Shown: positions 43,815 through 53,695, counted from the first letter of the stretch. The stretch: 64,000 nt of DNA from a virus (IMGVR_UViG_3300032334_000315:1-64000); one strand, 5' to 3'. Notes: generated from the sequence alone by a model not told the origin. A program made the numbers and translations.

Positions 43815-43923
43815 ATTGCACCTTCACTTTGGTTTAATAGACGAGAACGATTCTCAATCTATGGGCATATCATATCAAACTTTTTACGGCTTGTCATTAC
43901 ACTTTTACAATAGGTAAGGTCTA

Positions 43924-44865
43924 CTATTGCTTGAACTCACAATCAATCATAATCTGCGTCATACATGCAGCAAGGTTGATTTCTTGGTCAACAACAAACG
44001 CAGCCTTGTACTGATAGTCAGCCAAAATCAGAATCAACTGTGGTACAGAATTCTGATCTAGGATATCATAAGCGGTATCATACAGAGAACGGAATAGAGT
44101 ATTCACGTCCGCGCTAGAGTTAGTGCCAATCCACTTTCGCATGTTCTCAAACTCGCGGTTCTTCAAACACTTGACAAGTTCGCTGATATTAGTATTATCA
44201 ACCGATGCAAGGATACCAGTGTCAATTTTACCACGCGCAGCATACCTCTGGAACTCATTGAGTACACGCCGCCAATCGGGCAGATGCTTTTTGATTACCT
44301 CTGCGACTGCACCTTTATCATACTCAACATTCTCAGCCTCAAGGATCCAAATGGCTCGCTTCATAAACTCAACAGCAAGACCACCAAGTTGCTTCTTCTG
44401 GATCTTAAAGTCTACAACAGCGCACCGAGAATGTAGTGGTTGGATAATTCGGTTCTTGAAATTGCAGGTGAGAATAAATCCACAGTTACTTGAGAACTCC
44501 TCCATGAAGTTTCTGAGTGCGGGCTGTGTGGAACTAGCGTTGAGGTAATCCGCCTCATCCAAGATAACATACTTACGACCTCCACCAAATGATACGGTAC
44601 CTGCATAGTTGCGAATTTCATTTCGCAGTGTGTCAATGTTACCATTCATTGACCCATTGATAATTAAATAGTCAGCATTGATCTCGTCAAGCATAGCACG
44701 AGCGACCGTTGTCTTACCGACACCAGCAGTGCCAGCAAGCAACAGATTAGGAATGCTGCCGTCGTTTACGAATTGTTGGAATGTTTGCTTCAGGTCATCA
44801 GGTAGAATGCAATCGGCAATCTTATGCGGTCTATAGCGTTCAACCCAAAGGAATTCTTCACGCAT
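43924..44865 (-). CDS. gp44: clamp loader large subunit (gp44)
   Basis: LWVERYRP, GTAGVGKTT, LDEAD, LHSRC. Confidence 0.96.
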   Translation of the reverse strand: MREEFLWVERYRPHKIADCILPDDLKQTFQQFVNDGSIPNLLLAGTAGVGKTTVARAMLDEINADYLIINGSMNGNIDTLRNEIRNYAGTVSFGGGRKYVILDEADYLNASSTQPALRNFMEEFSSNCGFILTCNFKNRIIQPLHSRCAVVDFKIQKKQLGGLAVEFMKRAIWILEAENVEYDKGAVAEVIKKHLPDWRRVLNEFQRYAARGKIDTGILASVDNTNISELVKCLKNREFENMRKWIGTNSSADVNTLFRSLYDTAYDILDQNSVPQLILILADYQYKAAFVVDQEINLAACMTQIMIDCEFKQ

Positions 44866-44875
44866 GTTGGCTCCA

Positions 44876-45334
44876 TCAGTTCCAAGAAGACACAGAATAT
44901 CGCTGAAGGATTTTCTGTTCCTCTTCGGTCATTTCAAAAATTTCACGCATACCATCTTGCTTGATCGGAATAAGAATCATATCGCGACCATCTTTGGTGG
45001 TATACTTATTGTATTGTAACCCATCTTCTGGAAAAATGCAATACACTTTTCCTGCGCTGTAGTGTTTTTCTTTTGCGTTTGGTACAGAAACGAAAATCAA
45101 TCGACAAACATTTTGGCATTTGCGTAATTGATTTGGCTTGATGGTAAATGCATCCTTGTAGACGAATGGTACCTGAGTTTTAATCTCGGCCCATTTACCG
45201 TCTATCAATGCATCTTTGTGGCTGTCATATTGGTCGATAGAAGCTTTGACCTTCATATCTTTTTCACTATACCAATTTAATACGATACTCTCACCTGCGC
45301 GACCGAGCTTCGACTGCTTGCTATCTTGTGTCAT
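44876..45334 (-). CDS. PD-(D/E)xK-like hypothetical protein
   Basis: GRAGE...D......EIK. Confidence 0.55.
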   Translation of the reverse strand: MTQDSKQSKLGRAGESIVLNWYSEKDMKVKASIDQYDSHKDALIDGKWAEIKTQVPFVYKDAFTIKPNQLRKCQNVCRLIFVSVPNAKEKHYSAGKVYCIFPEDGLQYNKYTTKDGRDMILIPIKQDGMREIFEMTEEEQKILQRYSVSSWN

Positions 45335-45350
45335 TTCACATATCCATAAC

Positions 45351-45377
45351 GAAAGATGGGGGCTTTCGCCCCCACCG
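45351..45377 (-). terminator. intrinsic terminator after gp45
   Basis: GTGGGGGC-GAAA-GCCCCCAT then CTTTCGTT. Confidence 0.7.
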
Positions 45378-45378
45378 A

Positions 45379-46050
45379 TTAGGCATCAAAAGACGAACCA
45401 GATTCCGTTGCGACCCAGTAATGACAGATGCCATCAGTGGATGCAAAGTATGCGATACCCTTTGAAGATACCTTCACATCATAGTCCTTACCACCCATGA
45501 CCTTAAGATTGTCAACCTTGAAGATCATCTTATAGTTCTTCTCAGCCTTTCCTACAGGGCTCTTGAAACGATTCGTGGAATCGCTCCGTGAATCAATAGC
45601 GCAGAAGTATGCGTTACCATGTTCACCGAGAAGAGCAATTTCTGGCAAAGTAAGGAGCGAAGCTTGACGCAATGCTCTTTGAAGCTTCGCTGCTTCCAGA
45701 ACAAAAGCCACATCAACCGAAGGTAGCGTGACTTCCTTGGTAGGAAGGCTGGGAAGAAGCTCTGCCTTTGCACGAACGATATCAGAGATATCACCACTTC
45801 CATTTGAGATGGAAATGAACGTGTCATTGACAGAGATATCAGGATTCTCGTAGTCACTCAGAACGCCAATGAACTGAGAGAGATCAAAGACACCAAATTC
45901 AGTGTCAATGGTATCTTCAATCTTTACCTTAGCGAAGACTGTCTTTTGTGGTGAGACCGTCTTCAATTCAGAACCAGTAGTAAACAACATGCTAGGATTG
46001 ATTGACGCAAAATTCTTTAATACGTCAACCGTAGACTTAGAAATTTTCAT
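45379..46050 (-). CDS. gp45: sliding clamp (gp45)
   Basis: MKISK.T..LKNFASIN, FG..DL..F, Y.V.VS..G. Confidence 0.93.
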   Translation of the reverse strand: MKISKSTVDVLKNFASINPSMLFTTGSELKTVSPQKTVFAKVKIEDTIDTEFGVFDLSQFIGVLSDYENPDISVNDTFISISNGSGDISDIVRAKAELLPSLPTKEVTLPSVDVAFVLEAAKLQRALRQASLLTLPEIALLGEHGNAYFCAIDSRSDSTNRFKSPVGKAEKNYKMIFKVDNLKVMGGKDYDVKVSSKGIAYFASTDGICHYWVATESGSSFDA

Positions 46051-46076
46051 GGTATATTCCTTCACTCAAGATAATC

Positions 46077-46105
46077 ATAATAGCAGGTGTGAATGCGAAT
46101 GTCAA
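46077..46105 (-). promoter_or_regulatory. sigma70-type promoter for gp45
   Basis: TTGACA-N17-TATTAT. Confidence 0.78.
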
Positions 46106-46106
46106 G

Positions 46107-46964
46107 TTACTTTTTCTTAGATGCCATCTGATCGAGATCAGCAGTCGCACCAGCGCCAATCTGAGCCAGATCAATGAGAGAACCAGCAAACACATATGAA
46201 CCCATGTGCTGGAGCTTCATCCATGGGCAGAGCCATGTCTTAACGTCAATGTCCCACATCTTCTGACAGAACCAATAATCTTCTGACAGATACCGCTTAG
46301 ACTTAGGATCAATCTCGGCCTGGAAATACTGCATGATTTCACGGGTACCATCGAAGTGCGCGGTACGTACATGGTCGGGCAGATAGTTGTACTGAGGATA
46401 TGCAGCCGCAAACTTTTCCAACGCAGAACGCTGGATCATCATAAAGCCAGTACCACCTTCAAGTACCTCTACAGGCTCATCAAGCGGAATGGATCCAGAA
46501 CCCTGCTTAGGGTTGAAAACATAATCGCCAACATACTTCTCGAGGTTCTCTGGATCCTTATCAGCAAAGCCACGATCTACCGCCCGCTTGATCTTTTCCC
46601 ATGCGATACACTTCTTGGGATACGGACCGCATACGATTTCCTTATCGTTGCCAGCTTCCGCAATGACCGACAATGCAATAACATCATTTGGATCAAAGCC
46701 AATGTCGGCGTCGATGAACATCAAGTGAGTACAATCAGAACGCAAAAATTCGTCCACGAGGTAATTTCGCGCACGAGTGATTAGGGATTCGTTGAAGAGG
46801 TAATAGAAGCGGACATCCATGCCATACTGTGCAGCCATAGATGCAAGGTCAGCAGTGGACTTGGTATACGAACCACCACACATACCGCCGTACATTGGTG
46901 TGGCAATTAAAATTTTACGCTTACGCAGTTCTTCAATAGAAACAGAAACTTCATATGTTGACAT
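46107..46964 (-). CDS. GT-A fold glycosyltransferase-like protein
   Basis: ATPMYGG, ESLITRARN, FIDADI, GTGFM, SEDYWFC. Confidence 0.8.
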   Translation of the reverse strand: MSTYEVSVSIEELRKRKILIATPMYGGMCGGSYTKSTADLASMAAQYGMDVRFYYLFNESLITRARNYLVDEFLRSDCTHLMFIDADIGFDPNDVIALSVIAEAGNDKEIVCGPYPKKCIAWEKIKRAVDRGFADKDPENLEKYVGDYVFNPKQGSGSIPLDEPVEVLEGGTGFMMIQRSALEKFAAAYPQYNYLPDHVRTAHFDGTREIMQYFQAEIDPKSKRYLSEDYWFCQKMWDIDVKTWLCPWMKLQHMGSYVFAGSLIDLAQIGAGATADLDQMASKKK

Positions 46965-47003
46965 AACAACTCCATGTTAAATTGCAGTAGTATATATGGA
47001 AAA

Positions 47004-47240
47004 TTAAAGCTGTTCTGCCGCTTCTTGCTGCTTCTTTTTCCAACGACGAATGGCCTGGATTTTATCCAAGCGGCGCTTCATGGAAGGCTTCGTGTAATGT
47101 TCGCGCTCAGAAAGGTCTCGCATGATACCATCAGCTTGAACTTTCTTTTTCAAAACACGCAATGCACCATTGATATCATTGTTCCGAACTGTAACACTCA
47201 GACCACGAAGATGGGCGTAGGGAATTTCATCGTTATTCAA
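47004..47240 (-). CDS. rpsU: ribosomal protein bS21
   Basis: VTVRNNDINGALRVLKKK...REHYTKPS.KRR. Confidence 0.9.
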   Translation of the reverse strand: MNNDEIPYAHLRGLSVTVRNNDINGALRVLKKKVQADGIMRDLSEREHYTKPSMKRRLDKIQAIRRWKKKQQEAAEQL

Positions 47241-47254
47241 TTTTAGACTCCATT

Positions 47255-47284
47255 AAAAATAGGGTGAGGAATGCTCCCCACCCT
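47255..47284 (-). terminator. intrinsic terminator
   Basis: AGGGTGGGGAGCATTCCTCACCCT followed by ATTTTT. Confidence 0.7.
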
Positions 47285-47296
47285 ATATAGCACAAA

Positions 47297-47503
47297 TTAA
47301 GCAGCGATGCGGTAGTAAAGCTTGCGCTCACCATTTACCTTGCGGTAGTTGCTGTAGATTGTGTGGCTTTCGCGAAGGTCGCTAACACGCTTATAGATAC
47401 TTTCCTTAGGAATGCCAGTGAGCTTAGAAAGCTTAGCGACAGTGACACCGGGACCGGTGTTGTTACGACGAAGGTGCTTTTCAATCAAGGACATCTGTGA
47501 CAT
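47297..47503 (-). CDS. small winged-helix DNA-binding protein
   Basis: VTVAKLSKLTG...SIYKRVSDLR HTH plus beta wing. Confidence 0.7.
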   Translation of the reverse strand: MSQMSLIEKHLRRNNTGPGVTVAKLSKLTGIPKESIYKRVSDLRESHTIYSNYRKVNGERKLYYRIAA

Positions 47504-47534
47504 GTATTTCTCCATAATTTAAGTTATATTAGTC

Positions 47535-48740
47535 TCAGAAAAAGATTTCCTGAGACTTCTCCGAAACAGCATCGGCTGCAGGAGTGGCGGGGATGGGATT
47601 GATCGTAGGATCAACCTTGCTATAGAGATCAAGGAACGCGGTCTTGGTCTCTTCATCGAAACGGTTAATGCAGAACTTGATGGCCTTCATGCGGTCACCG
47701 AGCATCAGGTACGTCTGCGCGATATGCACCAGACGGCGAGTAGAAATGAGTTCATCAATTGCGCCATCAGCAAAGGTCTTGCGGATGATTTCTGACCAGA
47801 CGGTTAGATGGTCAATGAACGAAACATCAGCCTTTGGCAAATCATTACCGAGATAGTTGACGAGGATCTTCTTTTCAATCTGAACAGTAGGATATTCCTG
47901 CTCGACCGTGATCGGGAAACGCTCAAGCCAAGCATCGTCAAGCATGGTAGCAGCAACATAGCGACCATCCTCAGAGCCACGGCCTTTGGTGTTAGCAGTG
48001 ACCATCACATTGAAGCCATCAGCTGGCTTGACAATCTCGCCGGTCTTCTTCACATAGTAAGACTTGCCTTCGAGAATACCCTGGAGACACATAGCCTTGC
48101 CAGGATCAGCACGGTCAGCCTCGTCAATCAGCAACAGAGCGCCGATTTCCATCGCACGGAGCACCGGGCCCTTCATGAACTTGGTCTCGCCATTGATAAG
48201 ACGGAAACCACCGATCAGATCGTCCTCGTCGGTCTCACGCGACATTTGCACACGAATCATTGCCCGCTTGGCTTTGCTGCAAGCCTGCTCAACCATGAAA
48301 GTCTTGCCGTTGCCAGAGTGACCAGAAATGAACACAGGAAAGAACTTGCCAGACGCGATGATCTTTTCGATCATCTTGAACTCGCCAAACGGCACATAGT
48401 TCTTGTCCTTCTCGGGCACCGCAGCATAATCATGCTCGGACACTGCGTTAGGATCAAACTTGGTAGTGGTAGCCACTGGCTGAGCCTTGCGAATGGGAAC
48501 GATATCGGCTGCCATAGCAGCAATGGACGTGGTATCTTCAACGCTAGGCGCGCCAACCATCGTCGGCAAACGATACTTGCCATGGCTAACACGATATTCG
48601 TCAACAAAAAGCCAGCTGAGAGTGCGGATATCCACACCAAGCGACTCCGCAAACTTTAGCACATTACCACGCGCAACCACTGCGTCAGCACCAAACTTGC
48701 TGATGGCTTTCTCGAGGAACTTAGACTGATTGGTATGCAT
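47535..48740 (-). CDS. MoxR/CobS-like AAA+ ATPase
   Basis: GHSGNGKT, LLIDEAD, TANTKGRG, LERF, ISTRRL. Confidence 0.9.
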   Translation of the reverse strand: MHTNQSKFLEKAISKFGADAVVARGNVLKFAESLGVDIRTLSWLFVDEYRVSHGKYRLPTMVGAPSVEDTTSIAAMAADIVPIRKAQPVATTTKFDPNAVSEHDYAAVPEKDKNYVPFGEFKMIEKIIASGKFFPVFISGHSGNGKTFMVEQACSKAKRAMIRVQMSRETDEDDLIGGFRLINGETKFMKGPVLRAMEIGALLLIDEADRADPGKAMCLQGILEGKSYYVKKTGEIVKPADGFNVMVTANTKGRGSEDGRYVAATMLDDAWLERFPITVEQEYPTVQIEKKILVNYLGNDLPKADVSFIDHLTVWSEIIRKTFADGAIDELISTRRLVHIAQTYLMLGDRMKAIKFCINRFDEETKTAFLDLYSKVDPTINPIPATPAADAVSEKSQEIFF

Positions 48741-48770
48741 TGGATCACCTCATCTCATCATCATATAAGT

Positions 48771-48799
48771 ATTATAGCATTGGTAAGCTGGATTGTCAA
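48771..48799 (-). promoter_or_regulatory. early sigma70-type promoter
   Basis: TTGACA-N17-TATAAT. Confidence 0.82.
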
Positions 48800-48802
48800 C
48801 CA

Positions 48803-48961
48803 CTAAATCCGTTCGATGGTAGGTTTACCAACGAGTCCAGTAGAAGCCAACAAACGACGCATGAAATCAAACGCATCCTGGAGATAACGGAACTTGGCAG
48901 TCTCGTCCGACAGGAGCTTGTTTTCATCCTTGAGTGTATATGATACTTTGAACATAGCCAT
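48803..48961 (-). CDS. small hypothetical protein (52 aa, not in ORF track)
   Basis: AGGAG RBS, own promoter; MAMFKVSYTLKDENK... Confidence 0.65.
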   Translation of the reverse strand: MAMFKVSYTLKDENKLLSDETAKFRYLQDAFDFMRRLLASTGLVGKPTIERI

Positions 48962-48983
48962 CTCCTTTTGTCATCATGTTACC

Positions 48984-49012
48984 ATTATAGTTGGTAATGA
49001 GGGATTTGTCAA
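48984..49012 (-). promoter_or_regulatory. early sigma70-type promoter
   Basis: TTGACA-N17-TATAAT. Confidence 0.82.
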
Positions 49013-49033
49013 CCCCTCATTTTTGCTTTGTAT

Positions 49034-51376
49034 TTATACAGCAATTTTGTCGATAAACTTAGCCAACACAACACGGGACGTACCGCGCTTGGATTGTGCG
49101 TTGGCAAACGCAGTTTTCAGTTTACCCTTGGATGAATCCGCAGCAATATCACCCATGCCAGAACTCTCGGTACGCAAGTCTTTGCCGCCCTTGATATAGT
49201 AGAACTCATTGTGGCCGTACAAGCCAGGCACAATGGCATACTGGTTAGAACGGAAAGACTTAGCCATCAGGTCAGCATCATACCAGTTTGACCCAGCCAT
49301 CTGGGCGCCGCTGGTAACGTCACGGGCACTGTTGGTAATGTAGAAGCCAACAAGATTAACCTTCATCGTATCACGGATGAGTTTAGCATACATCGAGGTA
49401 TACTGGTGGCTATGCTCGAAATTCAAGCGGATTTGGCGCTTGCTATGCTCATCGGTCAGGAATGTGGTACGGTTGTTGTTGATAGAAGTACCAGCCAAAT
49501 GGCCACGCTGACCATTCTGCTTGTGCAGAATGTATGATGGATGATCGGACTCACCATCGGTAATCGTCACCATGTTCACAATCTCGAGGTTCTTCTCCTT
49601 TGTGAACTTGGTAATGATATCGCGACCCAACATCAAGGAATCATTGAACGGTGTTGATCCCAGGCTGAGGAACTCAAACGGGTCGCGGAATTTATTGAAG
49701 ATAACATCACGGACATAATGCTTCACATTATTATAGCCAGCAGGAACCAGATCACAATTGGTATAGTTCTGGATCATACCTGAAATAAGCAATGTGGAAC
49801 ACATGAAATTGAAATCACGCAGGTTCATGCCTTCGTGAAACAATTCCAGTAGTGACAGTTCCGTGTTAGGGTATACGAAATGCTTGCCAACACGATTGTC
49901 AATGTTACGCCATTCGGTGTTGATTTTGGTTCGCATATCGTGGTACTTCAAAGTAGCAGGATGCTTATAACCTGCACCAGCTAAACCGGTCGAGAAGCCA
50001 TAGATACGGTGTGGGATGTTAGCACGGCGACAAAAAGTAGCCAGGGTAATCATCTGTTCAACCGCACCGCGGATATGCCCAGACATGGAACCCGACAGGT
50101 CGAGATATACGACAAGCCCGTGGTTCTTGCCAGTCGGCAGTACCGTGAGACGACGGAAGATATCCTCGCTGAACTTATAGCTGTGGATCTTTGTCGTATC
50201 AATGGTACCAGTCTTGGACTGCTTGCTACGGGAATAGGCCGTAGCAGCCTTCTTCATTTCGAACTCCTTGACCATATAATTGATGGCATTGTTATTGTCG
50301 CTACGGAACTTGGAGAACACACGACCAGCGAAAGCCTGATAATCAGCCGCCTTGCCAAGGTTGATATCATGCTGAGCATACTTCAGGATATCGCCATACT
50401 TCACAATGAAGTTATCCGAATTGATATCCTTCGGCAACACCACATAACGGAGTTCCCTGCCGAGCATAGTAGGATCAACCAAATCCTGCATCTTATCAGA
50501 CAGAGCCTTATCAGTGGTAGCCTCTTCTATCTGACCACCAGACTTACGGCGCGAGGGCTTCGGTTTGTCCTCATCATTACCATCGCCGACTTCATCTTGA
50601 TCGGACTCGCCTTTTAACCCTTTATCGCCGTCTTCCCAATCGTCACCTTCCTCGCCGTCTTCGCCGTCGTCACCAAGTTCCTCAGCATCTTCCCAATCGT
50701 CACCTTCCTCGCCGTCATCATCATCAAGGGTGCGGGTAGAAACGTCACGCTTTTCTTCATCCAGGTCTTCCTCTTCCTGCTCCGCCTTTTCTTTGGCAAA
50801 AGCAAGGAGATCATTAGCAAGCTGGACGGCCTCATCCCATGTGTGGATGTCCTCAGCCCGCTTCACAAACACCTGTTCGTCATCCGAGAACGGCACCTGC
50901 ATATGAGAACCAACCTTGAAGTAAAGGTTGATACGGTCAATGGTTGACAGTTGATCGGGATTGGTAGACTTCACATTGAAAAAGTCCGACTCGAAAAGCC
51001 ACTTGTAGCCATCGTGAAAATCACGGCGCGAACCGGGGAACTTAGCCTTAATCTTACGCTCAATCCGCGCGTCCTCAACCACATTCAGATAACCCTGGAA
51101 TGTGCGCGACACACGGCGACCGTCTGATTCCTCAACGGCGTCAATAGCACCTTTCCAGCCATCGCACGGAGTCTCAAGGGCATGCCCGACCTCGTGAAGC
51201 ACCAGCAGATGATACAGGCTCTCGGTCATTTCCTGCCACATAGGCAGACGCAGAACGCGGTTCTTAACATCAAAAGACGCAGTGACCACGGGTGCATGTT
51301 CCACAGCAATGTTCTCAGCGGCAAGCAATTTAGCCAACTTGTCAAGCGCGCCAGGCGATACCAGTTTCTCAGCCAT
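49034..51376 (-). CDS. metallopeptidase-like/vWA protein (CobT-like partner of the AAA+ ATPase)
   Basis: HEVGH, NVVEDARIE, acidic linker, DLSGS MIDAS, TP, TDGE. Confidence 0.88.
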   Translation of the reverse strand: MAEKLVSPGALDKLAKLLAAENIAVEHAPVVTASFDVKNRVLRLPMWQEMTESLYHLLVLHEVGHALETPCDGWKGAIDAVEESDGRRVSRTFQGYLNVVEDARIERKIKAKFPGSRRDFHDGYKWLFESDFFNVKSTNPDQLSTIDRINLYFKVGSHMQVPFSDDEQVFVKRAEDIHTWDEAVQLANDLLAFAKEKAEQEEEDLDEEKRDVSTRTLDDDDGEEGDDWEDAEELGDDGEDGEEGDDWEDGDKGLKGESDQDEVGDGNDEDKPKPSRRKSGGQIEEATTDKALSDKMQDLVDPTMLGRELRYVVLPKDINSDNFIVKYGDILKYAQHDINLGKAADYQAFAGRVFSKFRSDNNNAINYMVKEFEMKKAATAYSRSKQSKTGTIDTTKIHSYKFSEDIFRRLTVLPTGKNHGLVVYLDLSGSMSGHIRGAVEQMITLATFCRRANIPHRIYGFSTGLAGAGYKHPATLKYHDMRTKINTEWRNIDNRVGKHFVYPNTELSLLELFHEGMNLRDFNFMCSTLLISGMIQNYTNCDLVPAGYNNVKHYVRDVIFNKFRDPFEFLSLGSTPFNDSLMLGRDIITKFTKEKNLEIVNMVTITDGESDHPSYILHKQNGQRGHLAGTSINNNRTTFLTDEHSKRQIRLNFEHSHQYTSMYAKLIRDTMKVNLVGFYITNSARDVTSGAQMAGSNWYDADLMAKSFRSNQYAIVPGLYGHNEFYYIKGGKDLRTESSGMGDIAADSSKGKLKTAFANAQSKRGTSRVVLAKFIDKIAV
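50631..50716. repeat. 29-bp direct repeat (two copies) encoding DGEEGDDWED
   Basis: TCTTCCCAATCGTCACCTTCCTCGCCGTC at 50631 and 50688. Confidence 0.8.
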
Positions 51377-51400
51377 TACCTTCTCCTCAATTCATTATGT

Positions 51401-51429
51401 ATAGTACCACATGGCGCGCGGTTTGTCAA
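51401..51429 (-). promoter_or_regulatory. early sigma70-type promoter
   Basis: TTGACA-N17-TACTAT. Confidence 0.8.
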
Positions 51430-51627
51430 CTAGCAATCTCGGTCATAATCTTGCCATTCTTGCATCTCGGATGGCTGACCATCATCCTCATAATCATCGC
51501 CTTCGTTAATCGCGTCAATTTGCATGACACATTCCAGCATTTCATGCCAATATTCTTCGGCGTCAACATCACCGGTCATTTCAGCCATGCGGATCTGATC
51601 CATTATTTCGGCGTAAGAAAAGTCCAT
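51430..51627 (-). CDS. small acidic early protein
   Basis: GAGGAG RBS; DDGQPSEMQEWQDYDRDC tail. Confidence 0.75.
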   Translation of the reverse strand: MDFSYAEIMDQIRMAEMTGDVDAEEYWHEMLECVMQIDAINEGDDYEDDGQPSEMQEWQDYDRDC

Positions 51628-51638
51628 CTCAATTCTCC

Positions 51639-51818
51639 TCAGTCGGAAGCCCAATCGTCCAGTTTGTAGTTCCAATAGTCGGCGTAGTTCTTGGCTTCCT
51701 CAGCCACTTTCTCTACCGCCCACGCCTTAGACTTGAAACCCTGTCCGTCTTTAGCGGCTTCGAGTTGCTTGATGAGAGCATCAATACCCTCGTTCATTTT
51801 GTGTTCCAACTGGGTCAT
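51639..51818 (-). CDS. small early protein
   Basis: GAGGAG RBS before MTQLEHK. Confidence 0.7.
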   Translation of the reverse strand: MTQLEHKMNEGIDALIKQLEAAKDGQGFKSKAWAVEKVAEEAKNYADYWNYKLDDWASD

Positions 51819-51828
51819 AGGATTCTCC

Positions 51829-52101
51829 TCAGAGGTAAACACGGCGGGTGTTGTCGGTGTCGGCAAACTGGTTGGTAACGCCACGCTCGGGCCGAATGCC
51901 GGGCTGCACACCTTCAAAGCCAATCTGCTCGGCATCAAGGTAGTTATAGCCACGGTAGGCATCATCGGTGAGGAGTGAAGACTCCAAGAGAACGATAACA
52001 CCGACCCGCTCATCCCGCGTGGACGAGGGCGAAGCCAACAGACGGTTAGCAATCTCGGTGAGAGTGGAAGCGCGGACAGTTTTGCGAAGGACTTTTCTCA
52101 T
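51829..52101 (-). CDS. early hypothetical protein
   Basis: AAAGG RBS; YRGYNYL...DNTRRVY. Confidence 0.72.
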   Translation of the reverse strand: MRKVLRKTVRASTLTEIANRLLASPSSTRDERVGVIVLLESSLLTDDAYRGYNYLDAEQIGFEGVQPGIRPERGVTNQFADTDNTRRVYL

Positions 52102-52115
52102 GGTGTAAACCTTTC

Positions 52116-52463
52116 TCAGATGATGCCGGTCCATTGGACGGTGGGGTAATCGCGGAGCACTACATTGCCGCGGGCCTTGTTTTTCGCAGGCGCTTTCCAG
52201 CTAGCCGCTTTCAGGATATCACCCTTGCAGAATTTACCCATATCGGTCATGCAAATGAAAGAGTGAACCGAAGCATTGGTTGTGCCGGCATACTTGATGA
52301 CCTTCACATAGCGGCTGCCAATTTCGTAGGACAGGGTGCGGTTGAATTCATCAACCATCTCAGCGGTCCAAGGCGAGTTGGCATGTTCGCCGCGGAACTT
52401 GAAAGCGGCATAATCAGCGCGGATAGCGGCAAGGTAGAGGTCGAGCTTGCGAATGGAAAACAT
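52116..52463 (-). CDS. early hypothetical protein
   Basis: SVHSFI...GDILKAASWKAPAKN.ARGN pattern. Confidence 0.8.
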   Translation of the reverse strand: MFSIRKLDLYLAAIRADYAAFKFRGEHANSPWTAEMVDEFNRTLSYEIGSRYVKVIKYAGTTNASVHSFICMTDMGKFCKGDILKAASWKAPAKNKARGNVVLRDYPTVQWTGII

Positions 52464-52478
52464 GGTTGAACCTTTCAA

Positions 52479-52685
52479 TTAGCGAGAAGCAAAGCCGGCA
52501 TTGCGGAGGGTGGTCAATTTGCGGCCTTGCGAGGCAATGGAAGCAAAGTGGCGAAACGTCTTGACCTTGGCATTAGAAGTCTCGCAACGGGTCACATAGC
52601 CACCGTTAGACAGGAACTGTGCAATAGCGTCTTGGGCGGAATCGCGAAGGGCTTGACGACGGTTCGGGTTTGTTGCTACGCTCAT
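52479..52685 (-). CDS. early hypothetical protein
   Basis: First ORF after the promoter; AQFLSNGG. Confidence 0.7.
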   Translation of the reverse strand: MSVATNPNRRQALRDSAQDAIAQFLSNGGYVTRCETSNAKVKTFRHFASIASQGRKLTTLRNAGFASR

Positions 52686-52731
52686 GGTGTGTCTCTCTTC
52701 TCTCTTGTCTTTCAACTCATCTTATATTCTT

Positions 52732-52760
52732 ATAATAGCAAAGAACCATGCCATTGTCAA
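52732..52760 (-). promoter_or_regulatory. early sigma70-type promoter
   Basis: TTGACA-N17-TATTAT. Confidence 0.8.
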
Positions 52761-52782
52761 ATCGACAAAACGCAAGCAAAAA

Positions 52783-52817
52783 CAATGACTTAGGAATTTG
52801 CGGTTCCTAAGTCATTG
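52783..52817. repeat. perfect 14-bp inverted repeat
   Basis: CAATGACTTAGGAA-N7-TTCCTAAGTCATTG. Confidence 0.85.
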
Positions 52818-52881
52818 AAATTACTCGCTAATTATTTTTGATTTTTTTTCGGTTTTTCCGATTATTTTTGTAATTCTTTTA

Positions 52882-53694
52882 TTACATAAGTAACAAATTG
52901 TTACAATCACTTCTTTTCCAGAAAGCGGGTCTACTGTTCCAGCATTGCGTTGGTACCTTTTCGTACCCGTGCGCTTTCAATGTAGCACCAAACGCCCGAC
53001 CCGCCTGAGAACCAGACATGGTATTGCCAAGGTGCAAATAGGAATCGAAATGCCCGATAGCATCGGAATTGAAGGTGTTCGCGAATAGCAGGTATTTTGG
53101 CTCACAATCTTTTAGCACCTCGATCAGATGTTCGATCGGTGTTTGGATATGCTCAAAATACTCGGACGCAAAAATCAAATCAGCCTTGAGGCCCTTGTGA
53201 TTACCGCGCATCTGAAATGCGTGTAAATTCCCGAGGTAGCTGGACATGGCATATTGACTGCTGCCTTCAAAGTTGGTACCGTATACATCCGCTTTCGGAA
53301 AAATCTTTTTCAATTCAACGGTGGTATATCCAGAACCACAACCAAGATCAAGGACAGTACCAACACCGACCATCGACTCGACAATGCTTTTACCAAACAT
53401 AGACCGAGACGATTGGATGTCCTTGAGATACCGCTTTGAATATTTTGTCCAACACAACCAGGTCTCGCAGAAATAATACGGGTCAGCGTAGACCGAATAA
53501 TCTGGATTCTTTGGATCAATTGCGAGCGAAGCATACCACTTTGTCTCAAGGCTTGCCATCTCTACGGTATCACCTGGATTATATGGCTTCTTATCGTGGC
53601 GCTTGACAGCCGCTAGTGCTTCTCTCCTAGCGGTGTCAATATCAATATCAGCGAACTTGGCACATAGATTTAAATATTCATCAAGCGGTGTCAT
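52882..53694 (-). CDS. class I SAM-dependent methyltransferase
   Basis: VLDLGCGSG, ASEYFEHI. Confidence 0.82.
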   Translation of the reverse strand: MTPLDEYLNLCAKFADIDIDTARREALAAVKRHDKKPYNPGDTVEMASLETKWYASLAIDPKNPDYSVYADPYYFCETWLCWTKYSKRYLKDIQSSRSMFGKSIVESMVGVGTVLDLGCGSGYTTVELKKIFPKADVYGTNFEGSSQYAMSSYLGNLHAFQMRGNHKGLKADLIFASEYFEHIQTPIEHLIEVLKDCEPKYLLFANTFNSDAIGHFDSYLHLGNTMSGSQAGRAFGATLKAHGYEKVPTQCWNSRPAFWKRSDCNNLLLM

Positions 53695-53695
53695 A

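Noticed and set aside
50631-50716. 29-bp direct repeat as a regulatory or mobile signal
   Set aside because: In-frame duplication within a low-complexity acidic linker.
47535-51376. Cobalamin biosynthesis (cobS/cobT) as an auxiliary metabolic pathway
   Set aside because: The AAA+/vWA pair is a common T4-like chaperone-type module; there is no cobN or other cob gene here.
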